Of a stretch of 64,000 bases of DNA, positions 10,423-22,648 are shown piece after piece; position 1 is the stretch's first letter, and every line of letters starts with the position of its first letter. Under the pieces are notes generated by a model that saw nothing but the letters and a program-made list of their open reading frames with translations, made no database searches and was not told the DNA's origin. Position numbers and translations under genes: made by a program. Source of the stretch: Takakia lepidozioides (taxonomy: Eukaryota; Plantae; Bryophyta); assembly GCA_030704615.1 (NCBI GenBank), contig CM060732.1, positions 72,044,001 through 72,108,000 of the forward strand, read 5' to 3'.

Positions 10423-13329
10423 GACCCACGTTTACAGCTGGTGGCAGATGGCAGGCGGCAGAGATAAGGCCCTAAATTGGAGGGCTGCGGTGGGATTCGT
10501 CGTGGACGGCCAAGATCTTGCGGGCGGGCGGACTAGAGGGAGCGGACTAGCCCCAGCAGACCCGCCCCAGCGGACAGGCCGGTGGACGGAGCCCGGGAGG
10601 GTCAGCCGCGGCAGCAGCGGTGGGCGTGGGCGACCGCGGGCAGCGGCGGGGCTATGAAAGTAATGTAAGGGGCCTTTTCCCCATAATGCAAAAAAAACGT
10701 TTGTGGCGTGGGTCTCGTGAGGGTTTTTTTTTTATATATGTTTAATATTTTCCCTTCTTATCAGTAAAATCCTTGGTTCTCCACCAAAAAAGTAAAAATA
10801 AAAATGCCCTCCGTAACCTTTCCTTGAAACAAAATAAAAATAAAAATGCTTGAGGGTCCCCTCTTTTCCAAAAAGAAAAGAAAAAGAAACCAAGGAAAAA
10901 ACAAAAAAAAAAGAGAAAAAGGTAGAAATCCTTAGCGGCAAGGGCTGTACTTTCCCCATCAACGGATGGGATGCGTTTCAATATCCATCGCACGGCAATG
11001 AAGTCATGCACGTGGATGGCTTGAGCGAGAGAAGTAGGCTCTCGCAAAACACCTTTCTTGCGCGAGCAAAGTGTGGGAGGGCAGAGGGATTGTGAGGGGG
11101 TCTACTTATCGTTTGTGAATGCCCCGCTTGCTTGCAGACATGTGGACTCATTCTTGCTCTTCAAAAGGTGTGAGTTTATTTTATTTTATAAGATGGTGAG
11201 ATGTTTTGCTCTAGAGAGATACGCATGATCGTCTGGCTGGGGGAACAACTAATGATATACGTCTGGTCTAGTATGCTGAAATTGAGAGCGGTAGAATTGT
11301 AAATCCGCGGAATGCTTGTTCAGATGACTTGATCGATGGTGTTTTTAGAGAATAGTGAGGGGAACGCAAGTGGGGAGAAAGAATGAGGGGGTTTCGCTGT
11401 CAGAGCATCAGCGTAAAGTTTACTAGTTACCCTGATAGATTGAGTTTCAGTCCAGGTGCGAATCTTGAACCATCTACTCTCATCCCATATTCCTGGAAGT
11501 CTAAGAGATCAGAGAAGCTACTAGTATGAGATGCGGTATGTGTACAGAGGGAGAAGGAGGAGTGTTCATGAATTTGCAACAAAGTTCGAAGGATTTGTAG
11601 TTGTGTTCAGCTTTGGGACACCAGCAGTCCTCCGCGAAACCAAGGAGGGTTTGGAGGATATTTTTCGGCCTGAGGAATCCATTTCCAAGATTCACAGGTA
11701 AAGTTAATCTCTCTCTCTCTCTCTTTCTCGCAAGCTAATAATTGTTTTTCGGACAATTTTCGTGGTATTGTGTTCCACTCATCAACCTTCTGCTGAGTAG
11801 GGGTTGGCTACATCGGGCAGCCTTTCCAATGTGCGGTTTCAAGAGCATGTCTGATCGTGTCCCAGCTGTCTTCACTCGTTAATCCGTACACTACGAATGA
11901 TACACCTCAACTTCTGAGAAGTGAACTGGTAGCTGGGTTTTCCCTCTCTGTTGGGTGACCGATGGTTAATTTGAGAAACCCTAGGCCAGTTCGCTCGATA
12001 GAGCAAAGTATGGCTAGCTGGCTTGTTTCGGGCAAGTAATTTGCAGACCTTAGTGTACATCTTTTTCACACGAGCCTTCCCCACCAAATCAATCTTTATC
12101 AGTTGGTCTATCCACCAATTTTCCCAGTAGCAGTGGAGAAGCCCGGGCATTCCAAAGTTGCATGAGACTCACTATTTGTGGCATGCCTTATGCTATGCAA
12201 CATGTTGTCCACCTACCCTGGCATTTACCTAACTAAGTCTACTCATGCCACGTCCATCTTTTGGGTATGCACCTGACCTGGGCACACTGAGCGATGGCCA
12301 TCCTTCTGACATCTGTACCAGATTATCAGTTGTGAATATAACTGTATTGTAATTAAGGTGAAGCAACAAAGCTACTTAGGCTGAGACAAGTCTTGCAACC
12401 AATGTCAGTAGTACAAGAGGATCTAGCAAGGAATTTGCTTGAAAGTTTCTCTTAAGACTGGGGTAAGACTGCCCCCAAAGAGTTGGGGAGGCTTGGTGAA
12501 CTAAAACTTCCTCTTTCTTTGGGGACGTTAGGCCTGCACTTAACTGTCCAACCTTGTCCATGGGACTGTTGGCAGTCTCTCGGGTCCTCTCCCACATTTT
12601 CTATACCACTATGCATCTTGTTTCAAGCATCCAGTAGGGATAAGATGCAAGGATGTTCCTAACTGGTATAGGAGTATACTGCAAGGACTAGCAAAGATTG
12701 GCTTTGACCATTTAGGGTTTAGCCCATGCAGGATAACTAACCCTTCCAGAGTCTCTTGTGGGGTTTCAGCCTACTACGATATCTTCTACGCCTCCCAAAT
12801 TTTGCCATGGTGATTGCACAGCCAGCAACAATCCAGTTATTGGGAATTCGTGTACAAGCTGGTATAGCCACTTAAATACTAAACCACGTGCAGTATTGCT
12901 GCTCTATCATCGATTTTACTGCAGATGTGACAGACAGACAGACAGCAATCATAGCAGTGCTGCTGTGCTTTCATGCAGAAGCAGAACATTTTACCCCTCT
13001 GCGTTCAATAAGAACCAGAATGTGGAGCTTCCTACCCCTCTTGCAGATTGAGAGATGTGGTTATGCATTTCTAGTCCGAATTGGGGTAGAGAAATTGGCA
13101 TAGCCTTGTTATGATTGCAGTTCATCAAAAGGTTTCATTTGTTTGTCCTGGCTGGTCCCCTCTGTTTTTCCATCTAGAAGAGAAAATGGTTAAAACTTTG
13201 CATGTGCATGATGCTTTGAGGTCATACAGCCCCTGCAACTGCCTCAGAGAAGAGGTCAGTGTGTGAGGGTTCTTACCAGGTTCTTGATTGTTGATGCTCT
13301 TTATTCATCCACAGGAGAATAACAAGACA

Positions 13330-16171
13330 ATGACCTCCATGAGAACAAGCCCAAACCTGAGAGGTACTCCAACTATGGAATCGGCAGCAAATGCAAGAGC
13401 CCAACAGCAGCTTCGAGGGATTGCAACAGGACCAGTTGCAATTCTCTGGGATATTGAAAATTGTCCTGTTCCTGGGGAAGTGAATGCAAAGGATGTGGCT
13501 GGCAATATACGGATGGCATTGCAAGTACATCCATCCTTCCGAGGTGCCGTTACAATGTTTTCTGCGTATGGTGACTTCAATCATTTCCCTCGCAAGGTCC
13601 GTGAAGGATGCCAAAGGACAGGTGTCAATCTTATCGATGTCCCGAATGGCAGAAAGGATGCTGCCGATAAAGCAATTCTTGTTGATATGTTTTTGTTTGC
13701 ACTTGATAACCCCCCTCCATCAACAATTTTCCTCATTACAGGAGATGTGGATTTTGCGCCTGCACTCCACAAGCTTGGCCAGCGTGGATACACTGTTGTG
13801 CTGGGAATCCCAGATAGGGTTTGGGTTTCCTCAGCCCTTTGTGGTGCAGGTCGCTTTGTTTGGGATTGGCCAAGTGTTGCCCGCGGTGAAGGCCTTGTTC
13901 CGGCAAAGGCAGTGCTTGGACGGGGGGCTAATTTGTACCCAAGTGAAGGACAAGTACCTGTGGAGTTGAATACACATTCAGACCTTGGCCAGGGTCATTG
14001 GGTTGTCAGTGATGAATCTGAACTCCCAAGTGAAAATGTTTCCTATGATGATATTCTTAACCCCTGGAGGTTGACTCACTTAAATTCTACTCTCAATGCA
14101 GAATCAGGGAAATCCGACGTGCATTCTGAGTCTGTTGATTTCCTTCAACAATTTGGATCTGCTCAGGTGCAAACCCATGTTCCCAGGCCAAGTCAGGAGA
14201 GTGTCATGAGCTCCCGAACCGGTCCCCTCTCTCAAAAGAATCATGGGATTGGCCTCACCTGTAAGGTTGGGTTCTCTGCCCCTAAATCTGGTGAATATGT
14301 AACTCAGACTGGTCAGGTTGAAACTCAAAGTGGTCAAGCAGGAATTTTGGGTGAGTGGACAGAGCCCAGCAGCCCTGGAGGTTTGTCCCATACTTCATGG
14401 GTGCAACCAGGGGACCTTCCAGGACTGAAGAGACAGTTCGTGAAGCTGCTGAGTTTGAATGGCGGAAAGATGAGTTTAGTCCGAGTGCCTTCAGAATATT
14501 GCAAGCAGTTTGGGCGACCACTGTATTTGGCAGAATATGGATCCCTGAAGCTTGTTCACTTGATTGAGAAGATGCGAGACTTGCTATGTGTGAAGGGTGA
14601 TGGTACTACGAAGACCCTTAGTTTGACAAAAGCTGGAGCTCGTGTTGCCAGGAAGTACAAGCCTGTTGCAAATCAGGGCGAAGCTCCCAAAGGTGACAAA
14701 GAAAGGTAGACGGCTGCCCTCAACTTTTATTATCACTCTCTTATAGCTAACGCATGTTCTTTGGGAATTTTTGGTTGTCTACATGGGCATGGTCCTGTAG
14801 TTCACTATTGGTGGTTGCAAACTTGGTTGTTTTTGCTATTTGTGGGATTTTAGTCATCATTTACATATACGTGTGCACTCACACATATACATTAGTGTAT
14901 TTATAGGCATTTTCAAGGGGTTTGTTGGAGTTTGCATAAGCTTTGCATGTGCAATTTATCCAATGTGTCTCAATGTAAACAGGGATGTTTGTGAGGACTC
15001 AGAGCCTGAGGGGATGGGAACAACTGTGAAGGAGATGGAAAAGGAGGCGAGTAAGGTGGAAACGATTGTATCAGTGGCAAGCCAGAGGCATTTGCTAGAC
15101 ATGGATATGGATGAGGTAACTGGTGAGACTTTGCTTGTTCAAGAATGGGACTCTGGATCAGGCGAGAAGAAAGGGAGTCAGATGCAGTCCCACGAGGAGA
15201 GGCTTGTGGAGGTGAGTGTGCATATGTTACGTGCAAAGATTGGATTATCCTGTTTGCAAAGGAACTATTTATTCAGGAAAATTCAAAGTTGATTAATAAG
15301 GACTTGGATTTGAAAGCCTGCTACAAGTCCACCTGTACCCAAGAGTTGATGACTCAATTTGTGCTGACAAGCATATAGTAATTAGATATTAATGACCCAG
15401 TTTGTTCAAGTCACAGCAAGAATGTAGGAGCATAGTGGTTAAGAAATAAGGGTAGGTACTGGGAGTGAATGCTCTTGATCTTCAGGGTTGCCAGGTCCAA
15501 GGTTTTGAAAAGTAAGCCAAACGCTGACCCCTTTCTGGACCCAAGACCATTCAGCTTGCAAATGTTCCGGGATTCCATTGGATGTGAGACTGAAAAAGTT
15601 ACATGCAAAGGAGGTTTCCTTCTGTGCACTTCATTCCTCTTTGTAAATATGACGAAGAACTTGTGGAATAAATCTGTCCTGTTCACATTCAGGCTCTGGT
15701 TCAGGTCAAGTATGTGGAGGAGGGGAAGTTGGAAGTGTTTAGGCAGGAGCTGCAAGAGTTGCTGGTGAGCCATGCCTGCAGCATCTTGCTGACAAGTTTT
15801 TTGGCGCTCTATCAACAGCGATATGCACGTGACCTGGACCTCTCATCATTTGGTGTGAAGAGCTTGGAATGTCTCCTTGAAAAGGTAAACTCTCTCTCCC
15901 TCTCTTTCCCCATGATGTGGATTCTCACCCATGTCAAAGCATAAGATGCAGAGTCTCTTTAACAGGGGTGTGGTAATGAGACAGAACTGTATGGGAAAAA
16001 TGGATCAGTAGTTTGCTTGAAGAGAGCTTAGTTGGTGGCTGTTCCACGTAGGGTGTTGGCAACAGGTATATCTGATTTGCTATAAATTGGCTGTGTTCTT
16101 CACAGGTGAAGGATGTCGCAGTCATGAAAGAGGAACCAGGAACCAGCCGTATGTTTGTGGTGGCTGTATGA
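13330..16171 (+). CDS. DNE1: NYN-domain endoribonuclease with two OST-HTH/LOTUS domains (DNE1/MARF1-like); exons ~13330-14705, 14983-15211, 15693-15884, 16106-16171
   Basis: GPVAILWDIENCPVP...SAYGDFNHFPRKVREGCQRTGVNLIDVPNGRKDAADKAILVDMFLF...ITGDVDFAPALHKLGQRGY closely matches my recollection of Arabidopsis DNE1. Two HTH modules are present (GDLPGLKRQFVKLL...FGRPLYLAEYG; LEVFRQELQELL...FGVKSLECLLEKVKDV). The GT-AG junctions join in consistent phase. The start codon is uncertain because there is an acceptor at 13314. Confidence 0.88.
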
Positions 16172-18224
16172 AACCAGTGTCAGATGTGAGAAATAGTGCT
16201 GACAAGGTATCCAAACTAGGGGGGTAAAGTCTTTGTTGGAAGGCTTGTTCATGGTCCTTCTCTCTACCAGAGGCATAAGCCTTTGAGAATGCAATCAGCT
16301 CAGTTGCACTCACCAGCAAGCAAGCCGATTCACACTCAATCCCCAAAAAAAACCTTCTAATGGAGGAGATCAACTGGAGTTTGAAGCCAAAGGTGGAAAG
16401 GTGGCAATGTGATTTCTATGGTACCAGCTGCTTCTTTTGTATACAATTGACCCCCAGCAGTATTTGCTTAGGCTTTCTAATAAGCCTGTGCTACAACAGA
16501 CACATAACCTCCTCAACCTCAGGAGAGTGCTTGGTGTGGGGGATCAATTGGAGAGACGATGAAGACCTTGCAGCTATAATGCATACTTCACTTTTCCCAA
16601 GGCAAAATTACCGAAGGCATGGCTAGTCATGGGCCTTGGATTGTAGTGGATGGCTGGTTTTTAGAGGTCAGCCAGATCCTCTCCTGCTAAAGGAGAGTGT
16701 GTCGTGGGGTTTCATGTCTCCCTGTTCTTTTTCAACTGAAGGAGCTAAAATGGTAAGATTCAAGAAGCACGATCTGGATTCGGACCTGTTTCTTCCATTT
16801 GCTGTTGGGTTATGGAGGTTTTTTTGCTAAGTCCACCAGGGATTGACCATTGAACATGGTGCCTGTGCACGACAACCTTGGATGAGATCAATGGTCAACA
16901 ATGTCAAGATCAGACACATAATTCTGCAGGACGGAGCTCCATATATTAATTGGTAATATAGCTCGATAAGGGAAAGTCGAATCCGCTGCACTTGTCAAAG
17001 GTGGACGGTCAGTTCTCTCATGATCAGCTTGAGAACTGAGCTTTACAAGACATTTTGCGCAACAACAAAGGAGTGGTCTCACAAGGTAATTGGGTTTATT
17101 GCGTTGCTTTTGGGTGGAGGGATAGAAAAGGGACCTTTTTGGTAATTGAAATTCTTGGCATTTGTGGAGATTCACAAGGTGAGTGTCAACCTTGTTTCCA
17201 TGTTGGCCTTTTGGTCTGTGTGAATTTCTTTGAAGTTCCATTGCTCTGAAGTCTGATCTGAAGTCTGATCAAATGGATGCTTGAGAAATGGATCCTTGAC
17301 AATAATTACAATCCTGACTGAGTGGGCCACACTGAGTGTATCATGTTTGAGAGGATGATGCTTCTCAAAATAAAACCTGGGTATCGTTGTGCAGGTGCTG
17401 TGCTCATGGTTCCATATTTGGTGGATTCGCACATCCCTTCCCAGGGTGAATGTGCCCTAGGATGGGCCAAGTGATATGCCTGTGCTGCTGTAGGTCTGTT
17501 TATGTTAACGTCAAAGTAGCCTGGAAATATTTAAACTTCCAGAGAGGAGCCTGCAAATAGTGAACTGCAACCTTTTTATTGCATGTACGTGGGTGTGGCA
17601 TTAGAGGTAGGCTGGTACTAGTGGATGGATCGAAAATGAATCTCTCAGGAGGGAAGCCATGATATTTGACTTTTGTCCAGCTATCATGTTTAGTGGAAAG
17701 CGCCTCTGCTGGCAAGATCTGCTCAAATGTTTGTAAACTTTGGCACAGCTGACAGCTGATCCCTGAGAAGAAATGCTTGAACAATTATACTGTAAAGTTG
17801 TTAACACCTCAACAAGGCCTCCCTCAAAGAAGGCAAGGTTGCTATCATTGCTGTGTCAGAATCCTCAGTGTGGAGGCATTTCAATCTTACCTTGAGGATC
17901 TCTGAATCTGGGAGTAAGTAAATGCCTTGTAGTCTGGGTAAAAGCTTCTCTTGAACACATAGAGCCTAGTGAGTAGATTGCATTTTAGGACTGCAGCTTT
18001 GCTCAGTCTCTTTTTGTTGTCATTTTACCTGGTGAACATCTGTCAGGTTTTTTAAGTAATGGGCTAGCACAATTCTGGCTGCAAGCACATGAATACTTCC
18101 TTTGCTCTGAATGGGCTACAAGCCATAATTGCAGATGGAAGAAGGACGTATCTGGTTTGATAGTCAGGCCACACTGGACGGTTTGCGTTCACCAACCGTG
18201 GTTCCCACAACACGGCAAGAGAGC

Positions 18225-18735
18225 CCGTTTTGTTTTGTTGAGATCTGTTGAGATCTCCCAAACTGCGGGCCCAGCCCTCGTGCTTGCTACTGCTGGAAAG
18301 CCCTCAATGAGGAGGGATGCACCGGCTTGGTCTCATGATTTTTGGACCTGCGGTGTGGGAGATATGGAATTTCAAGTGCTCTTGGTTGTTGGAAATTCGT
18401 GAAAGGTAGCAAAGTGGGCTTTCCCGGAACAATGGTTGGCCCTTCATGGTTGGCCCTTCATTTGTCTTTTGTGCACCTGAACATAAATGTAAATTAGGTT
18501 TCTTTTAAATATTGGTGTTCACAATGTTGTTTGTAGTGTAGTTGAGATCTCCCAACCGTGGGGCCTTTGGCCACGATTTTAGTACCGTTGGAATGCCCTC
18601 AATGAGTAGGGGTGCACCGACTTGGTCTCATAATTTTTGGACATGCGATGTGGGAGATATGGAATTTCAAATACTTTTGGTCGCTGAAAATTTGTGAAAA
18701 ATAGCAAAGTGGGCTTTCTTGGAATGACAAAGGCT
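18225..18735 (+). repeat. Two tandem copies of a ~200-bp interspersed repeat (third, inverted copy at ~61285-61530)
   Basis: GAGATCTCCCAA...GCCCTCAATGAG...GCACC...TTGGTCTCAT...TGGGAGATATGGAATTTCAA...AGCAAAGTGGGCTTT at ~18240-18430 and ~18543-18720. Confidence 0.85.
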
Positions 18736-18844
18736 ACCCTAGTGTATCCTGGAAAGCATTAGAGCAAGTAGCCCAGTTTGGGAGTTTGTGCCTTGCATGT
18801 GTGCAACCTACGTAATCTAGGGTTCAAAATTGTGCACCTTCCAA

Positions 18845-20570
18845 TGCTCATCTCTGTTATTTGTTTTTGGATACTTTCCTGCTGCCACATCGGCAGTTAC
18901 TTGTCAAAGTCATTCCGAACCACCACAGATCCACCCAACGAGCAAACTTACAGAATTCAATATGCATCTCAGGGCTCTGATGAGAGGGCAAAACAGGCTG
19001 AAATAGGTCGATGAAGAAGGTGCCCTCACCGCATTGTCTTTGTTTTTCCAGGGCTCCCAGGCTTGCATACGCATTGCAAACACAAACAAATGTGATGTGG
19101 TTGGGCTTCACCCCTTCGCGCAGCATTTGTTTATAGGTCTCCAAAGCATTCCTACCACACCTATGCTTGGTAAATCCTGCCAACATTATCACGTGATCAA
19201 AGATCGTTGAGGCATTCTGTTGAACACTTAGTGAGCATCCATGATGCTCCCGCACTTAACATACATGTTGACAAGGGTGTTGAGTAGAAAAACATTTAGT
19301 GTGAATCCACTTTGGATAATGTGAGTGTGCACCTGCTTTCCAGCTTCCAAACCTTCCATCTTAATGCACTTAAGCAAGAGACATACATACGTATCTGAAT
19401 CTGCTGAAATGCCTCCTTGGTTTGGAGTCTATAGAGCCTCTGTCAGGCTGCCTGCCGCACAAAGTATCCTCACATGCAGGTTTATTGTAGCTATTGATCC
19501 AGATCGAATCATAAGTCATCTGGAGCTTGAAGTCGGCCACCTTGGATAAATCTGTCCACCCACACACTATCCCTGCTCCTTTAGCTATCCATGCCTCTGC
19601 ACAAATCATACATACATCCTTGTCTTGCTGCTATCAGCTAACAATGACAGCCTAGATCTAGGAAACACCCAACTCATCACTCTAGTTCATATCCTCAATT
19701 GCATCTGCTACTCTCTGTAATCCAACAGGCATTCACCTTTTGCCTCCATTGTCCCACCATTGACTGGGGTCAGAAAAGTATTCATTCCACAACCTCTCCT
19801 CGTCTCTGTTACCTGTTTCTGGATACTTCCATGTTGTCACATTGGTAGTATCATGTCAAAGTCACTCCAAACTATCAAAGGTTCACTCAACCAGCTAACT
19901 TGCAGAATTCAAGACGAAAATTTAGGGCCGATTGTGATAAGAGGGAAAAACATGGTGAAATGTTTTGAAGAATGTGCCTTCATTAGCAGTGCCTGAATTT
20001 ATCAATTGTACCACTGCTGCTGTGGCTTCCAGTTGACCATCTACCCATGAAGGTTTCTTGTAGCTATCCTTCCACAGGGAATCATAGGTGATCTGGAGCT
20101 TGAAATCCGGCCCTCTTGGATGAATCTGGACCCACATCTCAGGGTCGAATCTGATGAGAGGGCAAAACAGGCTGAAATAGGTCAAAGAAGAAGGTGCCCT
20201 CACCACATTGTCCTTGACATTGTTTCATGACCCATGGAGACTTGCTAGTAGCTGACACCCCAACTCTCTGGAGAATTGCATCTGCTTCTCTCTGTAGTCC
20301 AATAGACATTCACCTTTTTGTCTTCATTGTCCCACCATTGACTGGGGTCGGAAAAGTGTTCATGCCAAAGCTTCTCCTCATCTTTGTTATCTGTTTTTGG
20401 ATACTTTCCTGCTGCCACAACGGTAGTAACTTGTCAGGGCCAAGTCTGATGAGAGGGCGAAACAGGCTGAAATAGGTGGAAGAAGAAGGTGCCCTCACCA
20501 CATTGTCCTTGACCTTGTGTCATGACCCATGGAGGATTTGGCCGACCATCAACCCAAAATGACCTCTGTG
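18845..20570 (-). repeat. Triplicated degenerate coding-like module
   Basis: TTTTGGATACTTTCCTGCTGCCACA-like blocks at ~18865, ~19815 and ~20395; CTGATGAGAGGGC..AACAGGCTGAAATAGGT...GAAGGTGCCCTCACC blocks at ~18977, ~20151 and ~20446. Confidence 0.75.
19035..19400 (-). pseudogene. PLS-class PPR protein fragment
   Basis: The minus strand has HTHIIQSGFTLNVFLLNTLVNMYVKCG and MLAGFTKHRCGRNALETYKQMLREGVKPNHITFVCVCNAYASLGALEK; frameshifted. Confidence 0.8.
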
Positions 20571-21149
20571 TGTGTTGCTTGTGTCTGTAGTCAGGTAATG
20601 TCGGATTGGTATGTGAGAACCACCACGGTGCAGCTGAGCAGGCAGAGATTGAAACACGGCATGCTAAGACCAAGCTGAATCTCCCAATAACCTTGTAAAC
20701 ATCATGAAGAATAACAAATCATGGTACTAAGAGCCCCCATTTGCAGGATGGACAAACTTCTTCACATCGTGCATTAAGAAAACCACACCTTGCGATTGCG
20801 TTTGTCCCACCATTGTGAGAGCTCCTGTTGTGTATTCAAAATCTGTGAACGTTTCCATCTGCAAATCGCGATCGGCCTATGAAACCTGTTCTGCTGTTCA
20901 AGAAGATCAAACAAACGGGCAGTTTGGGCAGTCTCAAAACATTTTGCGCAACGAATTCTATTGGCGATTTTCTGATAAGCAGTCCGGGCAGATTGACGAA
21001 ATTTGACGACAAAACGTGGCGACGATGACGTGGCGACGAAAACGTGGCACTTTGGCACCCTATTCCTACTCTACGCTAAACTTCCTTCCGACCTTCGGTC
21101 GTCGCTAGAATTTCATGCTTTGAAAATTTTGAAGCTAAACCTAATCTAA

Positions 21150-21343
21150 TTGTTGGGCAGCTCATACACAACAGATTGATGCTTGTGTAAAAGGCTTTCT
21201 AGAGGATATCTGCAAAGCCCAAACTAATTGTTTATATCAAGGTAAGTTCAACTACCGAAGTGAGCCCCTCACATAGTTGCCCAAACTGGGTGTGGGGTCT
21301 ATGGCCACAAGGCTACGGCAAACGTCTTATGAGTACATTCTAT
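21150..21343 (+). mobile_element. 3' fragment of the RTEX-like LINE family
   Basis: CAGATTGATGCTTGTGT...GGCCACAAGGCTACGGCAAACGTCTTATGAGTACATTCT matches the 3' end of the LINE at 44100-44300. Confidence 0.85.
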
Positions 21344-21477
21344 GTAGAACAAAAATCAATAAATTTTATCAAGACAGATTTTTATCAAAACAACTTGGGC
21401 ATGTATAACTTCAAATAATATGGAAAAACAAAATGCTAATGTGGACAGACCGAATCCAGATAAAATATGCTTACCAA

Positions 21478-21706
21478 CAGTCAGTAGCTCAGATGGTTAA
21501 GTGCACTGAGTGCCACCCAGATGATTCTGGGGTCAAATCTTGCTACTGACGGGTGTGGTATGGTTCATGGGCGGTGTCCCACTCATTCACCTCCATGGCG
21601 CATAAATGAAAGAGGTTATTTTCTCCTCTCACTACTAAGGGGGCTGATTTGTGAGCTGTCGCTTCCAGGTGTTTCCTTTAAAAAAAATAAAAAATAAAAA
21701 TAAAAA
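21478..21706 (+). mobile_element. tRNA-derived SINE with poly(A) tail
   Basis: A-box TAGCTCAGATGG, degenerate B-box GGGTCAAATC, tRNA-like head of ~75 nt, unique body, then an A-rich tail. Confidence 0.6.
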
Positions 21707-22472
21707 TGTTTTAAATAAAGACAATATAAGTGATGAATGCCGGAACAAATATGCATTAAATAAACAACCAAGTGTTTTCATGAAACCGTGACATTAAATC
21801 AAAATCCAAATGATTTGAAATCTAAACCAAGTGAAAATAAAGATGTAAAAGATATCTTACAACATTTATAAACCAAATCTACTTGTTTTTTAAAGTGCAT
21901 TTTAAAAAACAAAATTAATAAAAGGAAACCTGGGATCGACTGAGGAAAAAATTAAACCCCTTTCGCATAAGCCATTGGGCACACAAGAGGGAACATCACC
22001 ACCAGACCAAGCGGTCACGAACAATCCACACACCGCGGGTTCGAATCCTGAACCACCAGGGCAACACATTGTGCACTTACCAGCTGATGTGCAAATCTAC
22101 TTGTTGTATCAAAACGAGCTAGACTCATTACACCGGTCAAATTATTATCAAATGAAACAAGCCTCAAATTGCAATGGGCTCTCTTGCTTTGGCAAAATAA
22201 GAGGAAGGGAAAACTGATGAGCATGATTCAGCACACCACAACAATCGGAGGCTTGATAGTGTAAGGTCCTTTGACCACATTTTCTCCGTTGATTTTAACA
22301 TGATGCGTAGTCTCTCTCTACAAGACAGCCAATAAATGTTCATCTGTTCATAAAACTTGAATATAGCCATCTATCTGGACGTTGTTCTCAGAAGTCGTCG
22401 CTAGTAGTGCGGAGCAACGCGAAGCCCTAGTTTACGCTTCCTTCGGGAGGCGTCAAATATTATTATTGTTAA

Positions 22473-22648
22473 TGTAGCCCAGTGGTAATGGGCACAGATC
22501 ACCTCGGAAGTGGCTTTTGGTTCAATCCACTGACTGGTGTCACATAGGTGTCCACCTTCCTACCGGATACCGGAGGGCAGTTGCCCATTGGGGTCAATAG
22601 ACACCATAAGGAGGCGTCAAATATTATTATTTATTATTATTATTATTA
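22473..22648 (+). mobile_element. tRNA-derived SINE with (ATT)n tail
   Basis: TGTAGCCCAGTGG (A-box), GGTTCAATCC (B-box), 3' GGAGGCGTCAAATATTATT; a related copy lies at 57312-57444. Confidence 0.78.

Larger units (their letters stand above)
1..10682. mobile_element. Mutator-like DNA transposon 1 (left end outside the window), carrying an accessory/Ulp1 gene (+) and a transposase fragment (-), interrupted by gypsy sequence
   Basis: Ulp1-type exons at 2606-3754 converge on a MULE-type transposase N-terminus at 9332-10422. A GC-rich subterminal tract (10500-10650) ends in ...GGGGCCTTTTCCCC just before an abrupt switch to A-rich host DNA. The right boundary is approximate. Confidence 0.7.

Noticed and set aside
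18975-20480. CTGATGAG...GAAA motifs resembling hammerhead ribozyme cores (three copies)
   Set aside because: No convincing stem II or III pairing, and the motif lies within a longer repeat better explained as minus-strand coding sequence.
21478-21552. Possible tRNA-Gly(GCC) gene
   Set aside because: The T-arm and B-box are degenerate and the head runs into a body and poly(A) tail; treated as a SINE.
21995-22060. Possible tRNA gene with a perfect B-box
   Set aside because: No cloverleaf or good A-box; at most a SINE remnant.
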